From contig CAYZJH010000014.1 in assembly GCA_964478625.1 (NCBI GenBank), positions 7,098 to 71,097 of the forward strand: a DNA stretch of 64,000 bases, given 5' to 3'. Below, piece by piece: positions 36,796 through 48,000 of this stretch; the stretch's first letter is position 1, and the number at the start of each line of letters is the position of its first letter. The notes under the pieces were generated by a model. It was not told the origin of the DNA. It worked only from the letters and a program-made list of their open reading frames with translations, and did not search any database. A program made the position numbers and the translations under genes. This DNA is from an uncultured Desulfobacteraceae bacterium. GTDB taxonomy: Bacteria; Desulfobacterota; Desulfobacteria; Desulfobacterales; SKZT01.

Positions 36796-37621
36796 TACGC
36801 CATACCTGACCGATCTTCCTCTTGGCCGTCCTGTATCCGCCGGCAGTACCTATGATCCGGACCAGTTGCGCCCCATACCCCGTAAATTCGGCAGGACAAC
36901 TATTGGAATCATCAATGGAAGACCTCTTCCCTTTTTAGGAGAGGATATCTGGAATTGCTGGGAATTAAGCTGGCTGGATTCCAATGGGAAACCTGCTATC
37001 GCCGTTGCAGAAATCAGGATACCGGCGACCACACCCAATATGGTGGAATCAAAATCCATGAAACTTTATATCAACAGTTTCAGCATGACCCGACTGGAAA
37101 GCCCGAAAATGGTGCGTCAAATCCTTGCCCGAGATATCAGTCGTATTACCGAAGGCCCGGTCTTTGTTCGACTTATACTTCCGGAAGATTTCGGAAAAAT
37201 TCCAATCAACGAACCACAAGGAATCTGCATTGATCAACAAAACATAAACATAACGGAATTCAGGGTGAATCCGGATTTACTGATTGTGGAAAAACAACGG
37301 GTATCTGAAACACTTTTTTCCCGTCTGATCAGAACCATTTGCCCCGTAACCGGCCAACCGGACTGGGCAACGGTTTACCTCACCTACACCGGACCACGCA
37401 TTCATCCGGATTCCTTGCTTCGCTATTTTATCAGTTTCAGGCAACACCAAGGATTTCACGAATCCTGCGCGGAAATGATGTTTTGTCAAATCTTCCAGGC
37501 TTGTAAACCTGATAAACTGACTTTGTCAGCCCGTTTTACCCGAAGGGGCGGAATTGACATTAATCCTTTCAGAAGCACGGAAATAAGTTCGGGTCCCAAT
37601 CTTAGAGATTTTCGACAGTAA
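36788..37621 (+). CDS. queF: NADPH-dependent preQ0 reductase (two-domain type)
   Basis: DIWNCWELSWL, ESKSMKLY, CPVTGQPDW, FHESC, TRRGGIDINP. Confidence 0.95.
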   Translation: MNDTPYLTDLPLGRPVSAGSTYDPDQLRPIPRKFGRTTIGIINGRPLPFLGEDIWNCWELSWLDSNGKPAIAVAEIRIPATTPNMVESKSMKLYINSFSMTRLESPKMVRQILARDISRITEGPVFVRLILPEDFGKIPINEPQGICIDQQNINITEFRVNPDLLIVEKQRVSETLFSRLIRTICPVTGQPDWATVYLTYTGPRIHPDSLLRYFISFRQHQGFHESCAEMMFCQIFQACKPDKLTLSARFTRRGGIDINPFRSTEISSGPNLRDFRQ

Positions 37622-37646
37622 AAAGAAACGAAGGTCCACTACCGGC

Positions 37647-38279
37647 CTATGACCTTTTTTCAAGAATAACGACCTCACATCGGCCTTCAAGAGCGTTTTT
37701 AAACTCTATTGGGTCTTGTTTTCCGCCGACAATACTTCCAAAATGCATGGGGACGGCAATATCCGGTTTGATAGATAGAGCCGCATCGGCTGCCTCACGG
37801 GCTGTCATCACATAAGTTCCGGAAACCGGAAGCAAGGCTATATCTGTTTTGATGTGATTCATTTCAGGAATAAAATCCGTATCACCGGCATGGTAAACCC
37901 GCACCCCTTCGATTTCGATTATAAACCCGAGCCATCCTTTGCTTTTAGGATGAAAGTTCTTATTCACATTATAAGCCGGAACAGCATCAATTCGGATATC
38001 TCCCACATGAAGCGTTTGATTGGGCGCAATCACCCGTATATCTCCGGAAAGTTTCTTTGCTGAATCCTTGTCTGTGACAATAACCGTATCTGGTTTTTGA
38101 ATTCGGTTAATATCTTCGGTAGAACAGTGATCAAAATGCTCATGGGTGATCAATATGATATCGGCTTTTTTTTTCGAGGTTATCTGGTAGGGATCAATAT
38201 AGATCAGCTTATGAGCCTCGATAAGAAATCCATCATGCCCCAGCCAGGATATTTTCTCTAACAATTCCTTTGCATTCAT
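37647..38279 (-). CDS. MBL-fold metallo-hydrolase
   Basis: WLGHDGF, THEHFDH, YHAGDT, PMHFG; start refined after GGAGG. Confidence 0.88.
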   Translation of the reverse strand: MNAKELLEKISWLGHDGFLIEAHKLIYIDPYQITSKKKADIILITHEHFDHCSTEDINRIQKPDTVIVTDKDSAKKLSGDIRVIAPNQTLHVGDIRIDAVPAYNVNKNFHPKSKGWLGFIIEIEGVRVYHAGDTDFIPEMNHIKTDIALLPVSGTYVMTAREAADAALSIKPDIAVPMHFGSIVGGKQDPIEFKNALEGRCEVVILEKRS

Positions 38280-38544
38280 GACGACCTCCTTCCTATCCAA
38301 AATTATGGGGAATTTGATTATGATGTCAAATTTCTAAGGAAGGAATACAAACTTGTCAAGGACAAGATTGGATTTCCTCGATACATACCTTCATTTAATC
38401 CCTCTTATCTTTGAATGATCCATAATTTCAGGAATCAATAAATTGGTTCAATAGAAATCTTGACTTTCAATAACCGGGGGTTATGTTCTTTCAGGTAGAA
38501 AAATCGAAAGTTAACAAACCATCACTCATTAGGGAAGGTGAATT

Positions 38545-38772
38545 ATGGATAATAAAACGTGTATGCTGGAAAGGTTTTCAAACTTTAGTATAGGGATTGT
38601 ACTGCTACTGTTGAGTATTGCTTTTGGAGTCATCAGTTTTGTGTTGTTGCCTGTAGTCGGGCTATTTGTCGCTATCCCGGTTGCAGCACTCGGCATTGCT
38701 TTTTTAGGAGCAGGACGTAGTAAAGCATGCCAGCTTATCACCGATCGAACCAGGAAATTAACTACTTTTTAA
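38545..38772 (+). CDS. Small two-TM membrane protein
   Basis: Hydrophobic hairpin, GAAGGTG RBS. Confidence 0.65.
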   Translation: MDNKTCMLERFSNFSIGIVLLLLSIAFGVISFVLLPVVGLFVAIPVAALGIAFLGAGRSKACQLITDRTRKLTTF

Positions 38773-38785
38773 TCAGGATTCACCC

Positions 38786-39148
38786 ATGGTTGAGCACCTA
38801 ACGAACGCACCGGACAAAATTGTAGCATTTAAAATCAGTGGAGAAATCACCCAAAAGGATTTCGATCATATCAGCCATATTATGGATAGGGCGGTAAAAG
38901 ATTTCGGAACAATCCGGTTGCTCCTGGTAATTGAACACTATGCCAGTCTATTTTCAGCGGAAGCCCTTTACGAAGATCTCAAATTCGCCCATTTGTATTC
39001 AAACAGCATTGACCGTATGGCCGTTGTGGGTGACAGGGCCTGGAAAAATACCTGGGTTGCTTTGTTTGGGTTGTTCAGCGGACTTCGCACCAACTACTAT
39101 GACAAATCCGAAATAAATGAAGCCTTGAACTGGTTGCAGAAACAATAA
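38786..39148 (+). CDS. SpoIIAA-like (STAS/SEC14) domain protein
   Basis: VAFKISGEIT..DF, LYEDLKF, RMAVVGD..W, EALNWL. Confidence 0.85.
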   Translation: MVEHLTNAPDKIVAFKISGEITQKDFDHISHIMDRAVKDFGTIRLLLVIEHYASLFSAEALYEDLKFAHLYSNSIDRMAVVGDRAWKNTWVALFGLFSGLRTNYYDKSEINEALNWLQKQ

Positions 39149-39221
39149 ACTGAATGCCGTTGAAAAATAGTTTCACCCCAAAAGGGGAGGATCTGGATTT
39201 ATCCATCCTTCCCTTTTTCGC

Positions 39222-40907
39222 TCATATCTTTACCATTTCTCCAAGATCATTTTGAAAAGTATCCCCGGAACGATTAATTTTTTGAATCAACCCTTGCATA
39301 CTTAAAACAAGCATTCGGCTCGACTGGGTAAATAGCCGGTTAGCCATCAGAAGTCGGGTAACCTCCTTTTCTTTAATAATCCCTTGTGTTACCGCCTTGG
39401 AGCAGGACCGTATAAAATTTTTGTCCGCCTCTTCCACAACGTGAAAAAACTCCTTTAAAAAATCCGTCAAGACATCGTCATCAGGGGCTGCCGTCACCTT
39501 TTCCACTACCTCCCTTAATTCCTGAAGCCGATCCTTAAACCTCTGATGAGCCTCCGTCATAAAAGGTTTTTCCTCGTTTCCGATATCTTCTATCTCGTTT
39601 AAAATTTCATAAAGATTTTTGGTCGCATTCATAATACTTCGGCTCGATCGCATTACCGGTTCAACAAGCATCGTTTCGTGCTTGTCAAGTTCATGGGCCT
39701 GCACCTGGGCATAAAAAGCGAATATTTCCGCATGCAGCCTTCCTAAATCCTCATAGGTAACCACTTTATCCGGTTTCAAATGATGGCTTTCGTTTTCTGC
39801 TTGCAGGTATTCCTTTTTTCGTCCGATTTGATACCGGGAAGCAATATAATCGACCGACAGATACAACTGATTTAATACTTCATTTCGCAAAGCCGCTATT
39901 GCCGCTTCAGGCACCTCATGAGTGGTATTGGCAATATGCTTAGCTAAAACAGCCTTTTTTTCCGGAAAAATTCTTTCCAGATAATGACCCAAAACCGGAA
40001 TCAGCGGAAAGAAAATTAAAACCCCTGTTACATTAAACAGGGTGTGAAAAAGTGCAACACCCAATACAACATTATCTGAAAAGTCGAAAATATCGAGTAT
40101 CAGCCAGAACATCACCGGAAGCATCAGCAAAACGACCCCTGCGGTACCTAAATTAAACACAAGAGAACTGATTGCTGCCTGTTTTTTCGCCGGGATTCCA
40201 CCGATGGACCCAAGTAAAATTGTCACCGTCGTTCCCACATTCGCTCCGATCACCATGGCAGCACCCGCCCTGAAATCTATGATACCGGTAAAAAGTGTGG
40301 TGAGAATCACTGCAATGGTCGCGGAACTCGACTGCATAATGGCGGTAAGCAGAATTCCGGCGACAACATATACCCAAAGCCCAAGGTCCGGCAAAGCGCT
40401 TAAATCAATAGCTGATGCAAGCTTTTCAACGCTGGTTTTCATAAAGTCCAACCCGTGAAAGAGAAACCCGAATGCCGCTATCAGTTTACTGATGTTTACA
40501 TAACGTGCTGATTTAGATAGAAAAATTAATCCAAGCCCGCCTAACCCAATCATTGGAAGTGCAAACGCTTCAATTTTAAACTTGAATCCAAAAATCGCAA
40601 CAATCCACGCGGTGATGGTTGTTCCGACTTTTGCCCCCATAATGACTGCAATGGCATTCACCAGGGTCATCAGCCCCGCCCCCACAAACGCCAGCACCAT
40701 CAGTGAAACTGCGGAACTGCTTTGAAGTATAGACGTACTGACTATGCCAGTGATTAAACCTTTTAATCTTGTCCCGGTATATCGCCTGATCAATATTTTA
40801 AAAGACCGTCCTGAAAGCAGTTTGATCGACTCTTCCATCATGAATATGCCGAAAAGAAAAATGCCAAGTCCGGCAAGAAATTTCCATTCATCCAGTAATT
40901 CAAACAT
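39222..40907 (-). CDS. Na+/Pi cotransporter family protein
   Basis: LGIFLFG, QSSSA twice, GAKVGTT and GANVGTT repeats, HTLFN, PhoU-like tail. Confidence 0.92.
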   Translation of the reverse strand: MFELLDEWKFLAGLGIFLFGIFMMEESIKLLSGRSFKILIRRYTGTRLKGLITGIVSTSILQSSSAVSLMVLAFVGAGLMTLVNAIAVIMGAKVGTTITAWIVAIFGFKFKIEAFALPMIGLGGLGLIFLSKSARYVNISKLIAAFGFLFHGLDFMKTSVEKLASAIDLSALPDLGLWVYVVAGILLTAIMQSSSATIAVILTTLFTGIIDFRAGAAMVIGANVGTTVTILLGSIGGIPAKKQAAISSLVFNLGTAGVVLLMLPVMFWLILDIFDFSDNVVLGVALFHTLFNVTGVLIFFPLIPVLGHYLERIFPEKKAVLAKHIANTTHEVPEAAIAALRNEVLNQLYLSVDYIASRYQIGRKKEYLQAENESHHLKPDKVVTYEDLGRLHAEIFAFYAQVQAHELDKHETMLVEPVMRSSRSIMNATKNLYEILNEIEDIGNEEKPFMTEAHQRFKDRLQELREVVEKVTAAPDDDVLTDFLKEFFHVVEEADKNFIRSCSKAVTQGIIKEKEVTRLLMANRLFTQSSRMLVLSMQGLIQKINRSGDTFQNDLGEMVKI

Positions 40908-41033
40908 CGATTAGTAAATTCCCCTATTAGCTATGTTGAAACGAAAAGGGCATAATTTCCTGAAATTTGGGCCCTGAAAAATAACATAAGAAACAACCAT
41001 AAAAATACCACTAATAAATTTCATCCCGCAGGG

Positions 41034-42257
41034 CTATAGATTGGAAGAGAGTTTCAGCTGGTTCTTATTGAGGGTTAAACCGAAATTTTCCTGAATCAGT
41101 TCATGAGGTCCGTCGGAAAAAGGAATAAAAATCAGCCTTGCCTTTTCCGGTCGAATTTTGATGCCATGCAGGAGAGGCAAATAATGGCTTGAGGGGCATG
41201 CAAAGGAAGCAAAATTGATTTTCATGCATTCAGCAGCTTCAGTAACCGGTAACGTGATCGGAAGGATTTGCCTTGACGGAAGTTTTTCCATATGCTCATT
41301 TCGAGGCTGAACCATGGTAAGATTTCGGTTCAGACGGAGAAATACCTTCGGAGGCACTTTGAACGCCATACACCAGAAATAGAAATCTGTCTTATAATCC
41401 TCGGGCATCGGGACTTTAGGCAAATTAGCGACCCGTATCAGGTCCGCATAGGAATTCAAATGAACTCCTTCGACTGCTGCCTTGATTCGCCAGAAGGGCA
41501 GGAAAATATCTCCGGGCATTTTCAGGGTTGCAAACTTAATCCGGGTGAGGCTTTCGCCCTTTGCAGCCCAGACCGTATTGCAATTTTTGCAAAGGAGCAC
41601 CAGTGAATCCCTCTCCCCGGAAAGGTCCCATCCGCAATTGGGACATAGGGTCGGAATAAAAACGAGCCGCCATTTTGGTGGACCACCCGGAAAAGAATCG
41701 ACACCGAAATCATCCGGAAGAGAACCGGTTACCGCTTTATTCAAGACTGCATCAATCATTTGCTTTTTAACATAAAATGGCGCATAAACAATGCTTAACG
41801 TCTCTCCCACAAAATCCTGATGAAAAACAGGTTCAGATGCATTTTGGCTGAATCTTCGAATAAAAATTTTCATGGCATCATCGCGAGAAAAGTTCGGATG
41901 TAAAAACCGACCTGGTGATTCAGGCAAAACAAATTTAAGTCGAAGGGTTTGAGTCCGGAATCCAAGGGATGCCGGAAAAAAATTGGATTGAACTCCCTGA
42001 CAACTGATATCCATGAAGCGGTGTTGCACCCCATCGGCCAAGGATGAAAAAAGCATCCCTTTAAATCGCCAATAGGGCACATAGATCAGCTGACTTGTTT
42101 CAGAAGTGTTATTGGGAAGCATGTATCTGAAATAGGGATGTTGAACAAGATATGATGACACCCGGCAATAGGGGCACCTGACCAAACGATCTGACTCTTC
42201 AAGGACGGAAGGGGCTCCGCACTGAGGGCATTGATGCTCAATCAAAAAGGGGGCCAT
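41034..42257 (-). CDS. Zinc-ribbon hypothetical protein (YdjG-like)
   Basis: CPQCGA, CPYC, CPNCG, CKNC and two YVPYW/FLPFW-type motifs. Confidence 0.7.
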   Translation of the reverse strand: MAPFLIEHQCPQCGAPSVLEESDRLVRCPYCRVSSYLVQHPYFRYMLPNNTSETSQLIYVPYWRFKGMLFSSLADGVQHRFMDISCQGVQSNFFPASLGFRTQTLRLKFVLPESPGRFLHPNFSRDDAMKIFIRRFSQNASEPVFHQDFVGETLSIVYAPFYVKKQMIDAVLNKAVTGSLPDDFGVDSFPGGPPKWRLVFIPTLCPNCGWDLSGERDSLVLLCKNCNTVWAAKGESLTRIKFATLKMPGDIFLPFWRIKAAVEGVHLNSYADLIRVANLPKVPMPEDYKTDFYFWCMAFKVPPKVFLRLNRNLTMVQPRNEHMEKLPSRQILPITLPVTEAAECMKINFASFACPSSHYLPLLHGIKIRPEKARLIFIPFSDGPHELIQENFGLTLNKNQLKLSSNL

Positions 42258-42259
42258 TT

Positions 42260-43384
42260 TTAGAGCTTATCCCCACACTGGTTGCAATATTGGGAATCCG
42301 CAAGATTTTCGCTTCCGCATTGCTTGCAGAATTTTGGTTCAGGTTTTTCCTCAACCCGATGCCCACAACGGGAACAGAATCTGGCGTTGGGAGTCAGGTT
42401 TTTTTTACAGTTCAGACATTGTGAAAATATCAGTTGCTGATGTCCGCAATGGGGGCAAAACTTGGATTCCGACAAAATCGGATTTTTGCATTCCGGGCAG
42501 ATAATATCATGTTGAGAATATTGCTGCTTTTGTCCTGCAGTTGCAAAAAATTGAGAAAACATGGCAGGCATCATCAACCCCACACCCATACCCATGCCGG
42601 CATTGGCACTGCCATCTGCTTCGGCAGCTTTTTCAACAGCCATTGCCGCTTTCATTTTCAGCAGTTTATTCATATCATCAAAAAGTCCTAACCGGCTTCG
42701 GTCGTCCATTGACTTTTGTACTTCCGGAGGAGGTGTAATGGAATTCATATAAAGATGGGTCAACGCAATGCCAAAATGGGCAAAATCATCGTGCAGACGT
42801 TTGGCCAGATTTTGGGAAAGCTGGTCATATTTTGAAGGAAGATTCAAAATGGAATCAATGGTTTCGCCCATGAGATCATTGAAACGGGATACAATCACAA
42901 GGTTCAGGTATTCTTCTATTTCAGCGGTGTTATACATGCCTTGCGTACCCACCAGACGGTTGATAAAAAGTACCGGCTGAACCACCTGAATATTAAAAAC
43001 ACCAAAAGCCCTTAAACGAATCAGGCCCAGTTCTTTATCCTTAAACGCTACCGGATCGCGGGTTCCCCATTTCAAGTTGGTAAATGTCTTTAAATTGACA
43101 AAATAAACTTCGGCTCTCAGTGGGCTTGTCAGACCCCACGGGAGACTTGCAATTTTAGTTAAAATCGGAATGTTCGCCGTTTTGAGGGTATGCCTCCCCG
43201 CAGGAAATGCTTCTACCGCCTTACCTTTGTAAAAAAAGACCCCGGCCTGGCTTTCTCTGACGGTCAGCTGCGCCCCGTATTTAATTTCTCCGGAACCTGT
43301 TTCCGGTATTCGATGTACCATCTCTTTTCCGGTCTCATCGAACCACTCAATAACCTCCAAAAAGATCACGTTGTTTGTTCCCAT
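42260..43384 (-). CDS. SPFH (Band 7-like) protein with C-terminal zinc ribbons (YdjI-like)
   Basis: QLTVRESQ, KWGT.DP, LRAFG, GMGMG linker, repeated C..C/F.C..CG; start refined to ATG 43384. Confidence 0.88.
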   Translation of the reverse strand: MGTNNVIFLEVIEWFDETGKEMVHRIPETGSGEIKYGAQLTVRESQAGVFFYKGKAVEAFPAGRHTLKTANIPILTKIASLPWGLTSPLRAEVYFVNLKTFTNLKWGTRDPVAFKDKELGLIRLRAFGVFNIQVVQPVLFINRLVGTQGMYNTAEIEEYLNLVIVSRFNDLMGETIDSILNLPSKYDQLSQNLAKRLHDDFAHFGIALTHLYMNSITPPPEVQKSMDDRSRLGLFDDMNKLLKMKAAMAVEKAAEADGSANAGMGMGVGLMMPAMFSQFFATAGQKQQYSQHDIICPECKNPILSESKFCPHCGHQQLIFSQCLNCKKNLTPNARFCSRCGHRVEEKPEPKFCKQCGSENLADSQYCNQCGDKL

Positions 43385-43706
43385 ACGCCAACCTCTTTTT
43401 CCGGAATGACCCGGGTTGATCAAATTGTAATTGTACCTTGGATTATCGATCTGACAAAGACGGTGGATTTTTTGCCGACTTATTCTTTTTAACGGGTTAT
43501 AATCAATGCTATTTATTCTAGTCAACTCGAAATTGGTTTTTTTGGATTTTTTTCGATTCTTGTCGATAGAAATATGGGTGCCAATGATTTATGATAATTA
43601 AGAAAATGAATTCTTGGCTGACTATTTTGATTCAGAAGAACTTGCAGAGTATTTCTAATCAGTAATGGAACGTGTGAGATCGTGCTATTTGGATCAAGGA
43701 GGAGAT

Positions 43707-44303
43707 ATGGGAAAAATCATCTATGGAATTTGCCTTTTCTTTTTACCGTTGATCTTCTGTTCGTGTACCTTGCAACCAATGGCACCGGTTGAATGGCGAT
43801 ATGAGAAGTCAGCTATCACCCTTCATGTAACTGCCGATCCCCTGTTAAATCTTTACAGAGGCAGCGCTCATGCTCTCCATTTATGCATTTACCAACTCAT
43901 GGATCCCGATCCCTTTAATCGCCTGTCCCAAAACTCAGAGGGAATTTCGGAGCTTCTTCAATGTCGGGGGTTCGATTCCAGTGTGGCAAATGCCAGGGTT
44001 TTATCCCGTTCAGGAATCCAGCCCGGCGATTCTTTGACATTCATGCTTGACCGGACTCAAGGAGCTAAATATTTAGGTATTGTGGCGGGATATCAGATTT
44101 TGGAACAAGAGCGAACAGTTCGACTGATAAAAATCCCTGTGACGGTTGAAATCGCAATCGACGGCTTGCTTCAAATTGAAAGGATACAAAAACCTGCCAT
44201 ATTTGGGATTGATCTTCATCTGGGCCCCCAGTATATTCAAAAGACGGTGGTCATGAAATTGAAACAAAAAAATGCAGAAACCGAAAGAGTCATTTTCCAA
44301 TAG
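43707..44303 (+). CDS. tssJ: T6SS lipoprotein TssJ/VasD-like
   Basis: GGAGGAG RBS, lipobox-like IFCSC, ADPLLNLY, LCIYQL, A.YLGIVAGY. Confidence 0.82.
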   Translation: MGKIIYGICLFFLPLIFCSCTLQPMAPVEWRYEKSAITLHVTADPLLNLYRGSAHALHLCIYQLMDPDPFNRLSQNSEGISELLQCRGFDSSVANARVLSRSGIQPGDSLTFMLDRTQGAKYLGIVAGYQILEQERTVRLIKIPVTVEIAIDGLLQIERIQKPAIFGIDLHLGPQYIQKTVVMKLKQKNAETERVIFQ

Positions 44304-44329
44304 AAATGATACCTGAAAAAGAAAAAAAC

Positions 44330-45007
44330 ATGCGATTGACCGACTGTTTTATCGATTTAATTGCCTATGTCTCCTATTTTTTGAAAGAGTTGAATACGAA
44401 TCAACCTGACTTTGATGATGTAAGGTCTGACATCGAAAAACTGATCCTGGGATGTGAAAACCATTTGGGAACAGGCAGATTTTCCCGCGAAGACTATGAT
44501 TTGGCCCGGTTTGCCGTTTTTGCCTGGGTGGATGAAAGTATTTTAAACTCAACCTGGAAAGACCGAACACGATGGTTGGGTCAACAGCTTCAAAATGTTT
44601 ATTATCATGTCTTCGACGCCTCAGAAATTTTTTTCGAAAACTTAAACACACTTAAGCTTCACCAAAAGGACATCAGGGAGGTCTACCTTTTATGTTTAGC
44701 CATGGGCTTTAAAGGCCGTTATTGTAATCAACACGATGAGGTTACTCTTAAACAACTGAAAGCTTTTAATCTAGCAGCCATAACAGGGGCATCCTCGGGG
44801 GTACAACCCTTAAAAACCGAAAAACTTTTTCCCGACGCTTACAACGATGATGATCCCAAAAATCATGCTCCCTTGCATAAATCCGGAATTTTCTCTTCCA
44901 CACTTTTTTGTGTTACGTTTCCAATCCTATGTTGCATAGTTCTTTTCCTCCTATTTCGTTTTATTTTAGTTAATGCCGGAGATAATCTGTTAAGGATGAT
45001 GCCATAA
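44330..45007 (+). CDS. tssL: DotU/TssL family protein (no OmpA domain)
   Basis: MRLTDCF, ARFAVFAWVDE, W....LQ, FFENL, EVYLLCLAMGFKGRY, C-terminal TM (alternative start 44306). Confidence 0.9.
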   Translation: MRLTDCFIDLIAYVSYFLKELNTNQPDFDDVRSDIEKLILGCENHLGTGRFSREDYDLARFAVFAWVDESILNSTWKDRTRWLGQQLQNVYYHVFDASEIFFENLNTLKLHQKDIREVYLLCLAMGFKGRYCNQHDEVTLKQLKAFNLAAITGASSGVQPLKTEKLFPDAYNDDDPKNHAPLHKSGIFSSTLFCVTFPILCCIVLFLLFRFILVNAGDNLLRMMP

Positions 45008-48000
45008 ATGACACAGGTTTCGAGAAAATTATTTAAAGCGGTTTTCATTCCAGCTTCGGCTTTTTTGATTATACTGGTAGGAGTCAGGGTGGCATTGTTG
45101 CACGGATTGCCCTGGTGGATGGTTCTTTTTATCCTGTTCAGCAGTTTGGCCGGAATCATCTTTGTGAAAACAATTTTGCAAAGGTATCAAGAGCAAAACT
45201 TTCTTCAAAAAGTCATGGATCTATATGATTCTTTTCCCGAAACCACCAATGACGGCGAAAATGAAAATACAGTAGAATTTCGTGATCTTTTAACAAAAGT
45301 AATGCAGGAAATCCGAAAATTTCAGCAAAAAAAACCGGGAAATCCTTTATCTCTTCTCCCCTGCTATTTGATCATTGGCGAAAGCGATTCAGGAAAAACA
45401 ACAGCCATAAAAAATGCCGGCCTGACACCTCTTTTTCCGGAACTAAATCTTAATTCCGGCATTCCCCTGACAAAAAATTGCCGCTGGTGGTTTTTTGAAG
45501 AGGCAATTATTCTCGATGCAAAAGGGAAATTTGTCGTTCTTAAAGGCAAAAAACCTTATAATCTCGAGTGGCAGAAGCTCTTTTCACTGTTGACCATCTT
45601 TCGGAAAAAAGATCCGATCAACGGACTTGTGGTAACCGTAGCCGCCGATAGGTTGATCAACCCTCAGATGGAAATTCTCGAAAATGACGGCAGAAAAATT
45701 CGCAGGCAAATTGATGAATTGATAGGGGTTCTGGGCTCTACTTTTCCGATATATCTAATGGTGAGCAAGTGTGACCTCATACAAGGCATGACCCAATTTT
45801 GGAGCAATTTTACCGACCAAAAACTTGAACAGGCCATGGGTGTGCTTAATCAGGATATGACTAGAAATGCCATAACATTTCATGAACAGGCGTTTCAAAA
45901 AATTGCAGATCGACTAAAATATTTGAGACTATTGATTTTTCAACGTTCCAACTCAAAGATCGCCCCGGAACTTCTGCTTTTTCCTGATGAGTTTGAACGG
46001 ATTAACCCTGGATTGGATCGTTTTATTAGAGCCATTTTTCATGATGACTATCTTCAAAACACTCCCATTTTACGTGGCATTTTTTTCAGCAGTGGTCATC
46101 AGGAAGGAACCCCTTATTCCCATTTTATGAATTCCATGGGATTTACCCAAGACAAAGAGACCCTTCCAGGAACAAATAACAACCTTTTCTTAAAAGACTT
46201 TTTCTCAAGAATTCTCCCAAATGACACAGCACTGTCTGCCCCAACCCAAAAGGCAGTCGAATGGAATCGATGGCCCCGAAATTTAGGACTGACCTCATGG
46301 ATAGCGATCACGTTTACAGTATGCGGATTACTCAGCATTTCATTTGCCAAAAATCTGGAAGCCATAAGATATGCAGCCGGTGATTTTACTTCTCCACCTG
46401 TGTTACAGGGAGAAATTTCTTCTGATTTAGCTACCATGGACCATTTTCGTCAGGCTATTCTGAATATTGAACTGCGAAATCATACATGGTGGATTCCTCG
46501 CCTTATGCTTACAGAAAGTTTGACTATAGAAAAAAAAATCAAAGAAAAATATTGTTCAACGTTCAAAAATGTATTTTTGGTATCATTTGACAAACAGATG
46601 CTGGAACTCCTTTCCGGTTTTGATGGGATTACGCAAGATGAAGAAATTGGACAACATGCGGCACATCTGGTCTATCGGATCAATCTGTTAAAAGCCCGAC
46701 TTGAAGATGAAAACCTCGAAGTGCCCGTTAAAAAACTTCAACTTTCTTATAAAACCGATAGGGCTTCAGAAAAACAGCCGTTTATTCCTGAACTTTATGA
46801 AAACTTTTATACCACTTATTCACATTACCTAATTTGGCTGGATGATACCAGTCAGTTAAAAAATGAAATCGATACCCTTCAGAGTTGGCTTAAAAGCCTA
46901 TTGGATTTAAGACCCAATGAAATGCAATGGCTTGTGGCATGGATAAATCAAAACCCCATGATTTCAGATATTTTTCTCCAAGACTTTTGGATAGGACCCC
47001 CCCATAAAACAAGCAACTATCCGACGACCTTCAAAAATTCTGCTGATAAAAAGGAGAAGAAAATTGCAGCAGATACCGGTGCAACCATCCGACGGGCATA
47101 TACTTCCAAAGGAAAAGAAATGATCGAGTCCTTTATTGGGGAAATGGAAAAAGCCCTTCCAAACCCAAATTTGCTTTCAACCCGTAAAGCTGAATTTGAA
47201 CAATGGTACAGGGAATCCTATTTTAATGAATGGCTGGCATTTGGAGAATATTTTTCCAATGGTGTCGGCCTTCTTGATGGAAAGTTGCAATGGCAGAAAA
47301 TGGCCTCAATTATGGATACCGATAACAGTCCATTCTTTGAGCTTCTTGAAACAATGGCTGAAGAGCTAAAGCCCATTTGTACACAACATTGCCAGGATCT
47401 GCCGCCATGGGCAGACCTTGTTTTTAAATTTCATATGATCGGGGAAAATATGGACTCCGAAACAACAACCCGAACATCTGAGCCAACCCAATCCATGATG
47501 ATTGCCGCAGAAGCCTATGAACAATACAAAAACGCACTTCAAGAAATATTGCCGATCGTCACATCCAGCGACCTTGCTTTCCAGATGACAGGGATAACTT
47601 TTGGAGAAGATCCGGTTGGAAACACTTCTCCATTTATCAAGGCTCAAGATGCCGTTCAAAATATGAAAAAAGCCCTGGAAAATTCAGAAACTGAATCGTC
47701 CATGGTCTGGGAATTGATTAAAGGACCCTGGGAGTTTTTATGGGAGTACGCGATACAAGAAACCTCTTGTCATATCGAAGATTTATGGAAAAAATATGTA
47801 TTTGAGGATTTTCAGGACATCTCTGATATTAACCTGGTGGCAGATTTATTGATAGGCCCGAATGGTTTGGCGACAAAATTTGCTGATGGACCGGTAAAGC
47901 CTTTTGTCCTTCACAACCCGAACAAAGGATATTTTTCAAAGAAAACCTTCGAGAAAAAAATCCCCTTTGAAAATACTTTTTTAACCTTTCTGAACCGTGG

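Noticed and set aside
35042-37621. queDECF as a 7-deazaguanine DNA-modification (dpd) island
   Set aside because: No dpdA/tgtA5 or other dpd genes nearby; QueF points to preQ1 for tRNA queuosine
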